Source: Verrucomicrobiales bacterium
Lineage (GTDB): Bacteria; Verrucomicrobiota; Verrucomicrobiia; Verrucomicrobiales; V1-33
Direction: 5' to 3'
DNA length: 64,000 nucleotides
Assembly (NCBI GenBank): GCA_038210825.1
Contig: JBBQWG010000001.1
Location: forward strand, 151,630 to 215,629
In this document: in pieces, positions 61,701 to 64,000 of the stretch
Numbering within the stretch: the stretch's first letter is position 1
Layout: each line of letters opens with the position of its first letter
The notes under the pieces: model-generated
The model's database searches: none
The model's input: the letters and a program-made list of their open reading frames with translations, nothing else
Told to the model about the DNA's origin: nothing
Translations under genes and position numbers: made by a program

Positions 61701-62935
61701 AAAACTTCGTGCTCAAACTCCTGATGGGATTCCAGGTGCGCTTTTGTGAGGAGCTGCTTTTTGACCATTTCACAGGCCACTACCGCAATCAGCAGACAGT
61801 CGCGTGAACTACGGGCGACTTGCTCCGCCATTCCATCGTAATCCGTTCCAAGTAAACGCTTTACGACTTTGACCGTTTCCACAGGGTCCAGTCGGCGCAG
61901 CGGGCGCCTTTCTTCGATCATCAAGGCCCCCACCCCGGCAGCCACGGCGGCCTCCCGCAGGATAGGGATTCCCTGCGGTCGGGTGGACAGGATGACTTTG
62001 GCTTTGGGAGAGCGGAGGATGAGCTTAAGAAGAGGTTCCACCTGCTCCCGATGAGCGTCATCAATCAGGATCACCGGCTCGCCTTCCATGGCATCCCGGT
62101 CTTTTGGACTAAGCGGTCCGCCTTGGTTTTCATAGAAGCGCAAACTCCACCGGCGGCGCTCCGCAGGACTCAGGGAATCAGCCAAGGCTTTCAGGAGGCG
62201 ACTCTTGCCACAACCTCCTGCCCCCGGCAAAATTAACAGGCGCTTTTCCCTGTTTCCGAGAAAGCCACGAAGCGCAGCCAGTTCGTCAACTCTTCCTACT
62301 ATTTCAGCTTGGTGATGATGCAGAGGTTCGCCCGTCATCTGGCGCACAAAAAAAGCTCCCGAGGCCAGCAATGGCCCCTCTCCGGGAATTCCCAGAACCG
62401 CTTCCGCCCAGTGCGGACCGAAGAAGGTGTTCAGCATCCGGGCCGCCTGATCGCGGTTAGGTAGCATCCGCACCGCCGAGGTGATGTCTTCCCGGCTCCA
62501 CATTTGCCACCTGCCATGCAAGAACGCCTCATCGCGGGCCTTGCGTCCCAGTTCGCAGGTCACGAGAAGAAAATAAAACTTCGCTTCGGGAAACTCAGCC
62601 TCCGCTTTGAGAATGGCTTCTTTGGTTTGGGTGTCGGACCAGGTTTTGCGGTGTTTGCACTGGAATGCCCAAATTTCGAGTCTTGCGGCTTCACCCAAGC
62701 CTGTCACTTCGACTTCAGCCCGGATGTCGATTCCATTTTGTTTATCCCCCGAAGTTTCATAGCGTTGTGCCGATACAATTCGCCCTGAAAGCGTTCGGCC
62801 CTCCCTTGTGACTTCCAAAACTGGTCCAAGCCGAAGGAATTCGGTGAAAAATCCCTCAAAATCCCCCCACTTAAATGCCGGGTCATGGAAGGGGATATTT
62901 TGATTTTGCGGTGAAACTGGTAGTTTCCTTGGCAT
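58796..62935 (-). CDS. Mrr-like restriction-endonuclease domain + STAND/P-loop NTPase + long helical-repeat C-terminus (Avs-like candidate antiviral STAND protein)
   Basis: 1379 aa. The N-terminal nuclease motif is GIDIRAEVEV...LEIWAFQCKHRK, with QCK at aa 92-94. Walker A is LILPGAGGCGKSRLL (aa 234-248, nt about 62201-62224). Walker B is PVILIDDAH (aa 287-295). About 1000 aa of alpha-helical repeats follow. G+C is clearly lower than in flanking genes; sample lines hand-counted give 26/60 and 31/60. Confidence 0.8.
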   Translation of the reverse strand: MPRKLPVSPQNQNIPFHDPAFKWGDFEGFFTEFLRLGPVLEVTREGRTLSGRIVSAQRYETSGDKQNGIDIRAEVEVTGLGEAARLEIWAFQCKHRKTWSDTQTKEAILKAEAEFPEAKFYFLLVTCELGRKARDEAFLHGRWQMWSREDITSAVRMLPNRDQAARMLNTFFGPHWAEAVLGIPGEGPLLASGAFFVRQMTGEPLHHHQAEIVGRVDELAALRGFLGNREKRLLILPGAGGCGKSRLLKALADSLSPAERRRWSLRFYENQGGPLSPKDRDAMEGEPVILIDDAHREQVEPLLKLILRSPKAKVILSTRPQGIPILREAAVAAGVGALMIEERRPLRRLDPVETVKVVKRLLGTDYDGMAEQVARSSRDCLLIAVVACEMVKKQLLTKAHLESHQEFEHEVFQRLIGKSIAGLELIAPPNVLDRLLESVSLLAPMPRDGPWFEVLVKWAGAETKPHDVSRWIDGLERAGLLRQNREGYRISPDLLSDYVLYRAVYGDKQRSTGFVENFIQSLPTELHDEALSRCLPNLAEAEWRARCEAGGNHQSVVAPLISKWTEIYKRASFHRRSSMIHSWGKFGIYLPEHTLEIVALIRSQDAPGAANEEVMYGMFGPASATFSECLQKIPPLLKQIALHHDGLRIRCFDILWVMGCDQPVQTANHNQDHALAAIVQIAKLEFRKRRSVSEDALSWMEAHFAKPEILEQLNKPVWWFVAFIEVFLNHSVVEEKWDGENTLKWSHHELAVNSMTTLRKRILALIRKISLSGHEGILLNCIAVMDIAIDRCNILGIQDDDPLHGKWLPQRIEALDLLGEISGNSNSGLVHWRVWEALDWHLSYEPPSEFRFKAWDVFETLPDGFELRLVRATCSGGGKEITPAYSRERPLGKEDCNYEEKQQVWGLLCVRVAEELAETHSSGATLHHFLEAFVKRAANLAYHPGLGTVLTPLAKEFPDLAESLADEILKSGVPETAHAFGSLMDGLCPTSAAPRVDLVMRAARSSSPILQNEAGRLMVWWQRWNRLPVEGRQFILVMVSEGTAELRQSIVHNVAYLPEGNGGFCVDILKHAIKSSIGESEVEAILALAARILWQDVSQIPPDLIERTLASLLEISDLPQINGRHHFGKIAERYPAEVYGFYRQRINYARLLSENPQDRRRNYQPLPEGRLRVTLSRFAQFGTFQVEFTTLRDEILQELEKVHQTDPGANICHRDGHLLNLQQMARWMLDDAGPKYGPLIGDWITLLRSDDDLALFESVATGDSPTLVLSYPQQLGQLLNHIAEHLPSLLPAAQQSLRFSASRWVGSSLNTRLTEIGEPMPGDGQECHIISRVEKLLQENEFQPVLKTFYGELLRECRAMMKRQLKSESAAFDQDDDFW

Positions 62936-62976
62936 TTGACTTGAAATTTGATACCACAGGGCAGAAATTTCAAGTC

Positions 62977-64000
62977 ATGAGTTTCTTAATTGTTCAACGC
63001 TCCCGTCTCAGGGATGAGATTGATCTCTCGTTGCGCGAATGGCCTGTGACTCTGGTGCTGGGTCCCCGGCAGTGCGGAAAATCGCACTTGGCCCGGCAAC
63101 TGGGGGCTCCGGCTGGCCAGTTTTTCGATTTGGAGGATATGGTGGACGAAGCCCGCCTCCGCCTGAATCCCCAATCCGTGCTGGCAGAAATGCGTGGTTT
63201 AGTGGTGATCGACGAAGCCCAGCGAATGCCGGAACTGATGCCGGTGCTTCGGGTGTTGGCAGACCGGGCAGGCACTCCGGCACGGTTCGTCCTCACCGGC
63301 AGCGTGGCACCACCCTTGCGCCGAACGGCAGGCGAGTCGCTGGCAGGACGAATTAACACCATTGATATGGCGGGCTTCACGCTGGACGAGACCGGGCCAG
63401 AGGAAGTCAGCCAGCTCTGGTTGAGAGGTGGATTGCCGCCAGCATTTCTATCGGAAACGGATAGTATGTCTCTTCGGTGGCGCAGGCAATATCTGCGGCA
63501 TGTGTTGGAGGGTGATCTGCCGCAGTTGGTGGACAGCAAGCTCGACGGATTGCAATTGCAGCGCATGGCCCGGGGACTGGCCCACTACAATGGCCAGGTC
63601 TGGAATGAATCCGAGATAGCGCAAATGGTGGGAACCACTCCACGAACCGTGAGCCGTTACATGGATATGTTTTGGCGGTTGTTCCACATCCGCCTGCTGC
63701 CTCCGTTCCATGTCAATATAGCCAAACGCTTGCGGAAAGCACCTAAACTGCTTTTCCGCGACAGTGGACTGGCGCACGCGCTGCTCGGGATCGACACTTT
63801 GGCTACCCTCCAGTCCCATCCCAAACTTGGAGCATCATGGGAAGCCTTTGTGGTGGATCACCTGATTCGTCTCCTGGGTGTTCCGGAGGAACACTGTTCC
63901 CATTACGGAGTTCACTCCGGTGCGGAAATGGACCTTGTCATTGAAACGCCCATGGGCTTGCTTGCCTTCGAAATCAAATATGGCCCTCCCAGCCTGACCG
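62977..64000 (+). CDS. AAA-family ATPase with DUF4143 (COG1373-like), 3'-truncated by the window edge; absent from the ORF track
   Basis: My own translation from the ATG at 62977 is open to nt 64000: MSFLIVQRSRLRDEIDLSLREWPVTLVLGPRQCGKSHLARQLG (Walker A), LVVIDEAQRMPEL (Walker B), then LRWRRQYLRHVLEGDLPQL...KLLFRDSGLAHALLGI, typical of the DUF4143 part. Confidence 0.85.
   Translation, partial: MSFLIVQRSRLRDEIDLSLREWPVTLVLGPRQCGKSHLARQLGAPAGQFFDLEDMVDEARLRLNPQSVLAEMRGLVVIDEAQRMPELMPVLRVLADRAGTPARFVLTGSVAPPLRRTAGESLAGRINTIDMAGFTLDETGPEEVSQLWLRGGLPPAFLSETDSMSLRWRRQYLRHVLEGDLPQLVDSKLDGLQLQRMARGLAHYNGQVWNESEIAQMVGTTPRTVSRYMDMFWRLFHIRLLPPFHVNIAKRLRKAPKLLFRDSGLAHALLGIDTLATLQSHPKLGASWEAFVVDHLIRLLGVPEEHCSHYGVHSGAEMDLVIETPMGLLAFEIKYGPPSLT

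Overview
High-GC (about 60-65% by eye) bacterial chromosomal window. Gene content looks Verrucomicrobiota/PVC-like: prepilin-type N-termini, a PVC-type CxxCH heme-binding giant protein, and many secreted FG-GAP, LamG and TSP3-repeat proteins. All calls come from reading the six-frame track and the DNA by eye, using motif recognition from memory with no searches. Housekeeping and core genes are trpB (5' partial), mscL, rnr, infC, ppdK, xseA, a PhoD-family phosphatase, an MscS/MscK-type channel, an RND efflux pair, an AbgT transporter, a FIST plus hybrid histidine kinase pair, a GNAT, and a glutaminase. Five regions deserve a second look. (1) Two ORFs at 45129..46889 and 46893..48644 share one frame and are split only by a TGA. 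A SECIS-like hairpin follows the TGA, which suggests a single selenoprotein of FG-GAP + ASPIC/UnbV + thioredoxin-like + TPR architecture. (2) A complete selenocysteine-decoding locus lies 3-10 kb downstream: an oxidoreductase-SelD fusion, selB, selA, and a tRNA-Sec hidden inside the over-extended selA ORF. (3) The accessory and decay zone at 9.6-15.9 kb holds a four-helix-bundle pseudogene flanked by palindromic repeats, a decayed S1-protease/LamG gene, a VapBC pair, and a 930-aa primase-polymerase (AEP) + SF2 helicase + DUF559 nuclease fusion. (4) A lower-GC 1379-aa Mrr-like nuclease + STAND NTPase + helical-repeat gene (Avs-like) at 58.8-62.9 kb sits next to a DUF4143 AAA ATPase. (5) A roughly 550-bp AT-rich orphan ORF lies at 43.8-44.3 kb. 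I recognised no rRNA, CRISPR array, transposase or integrase.
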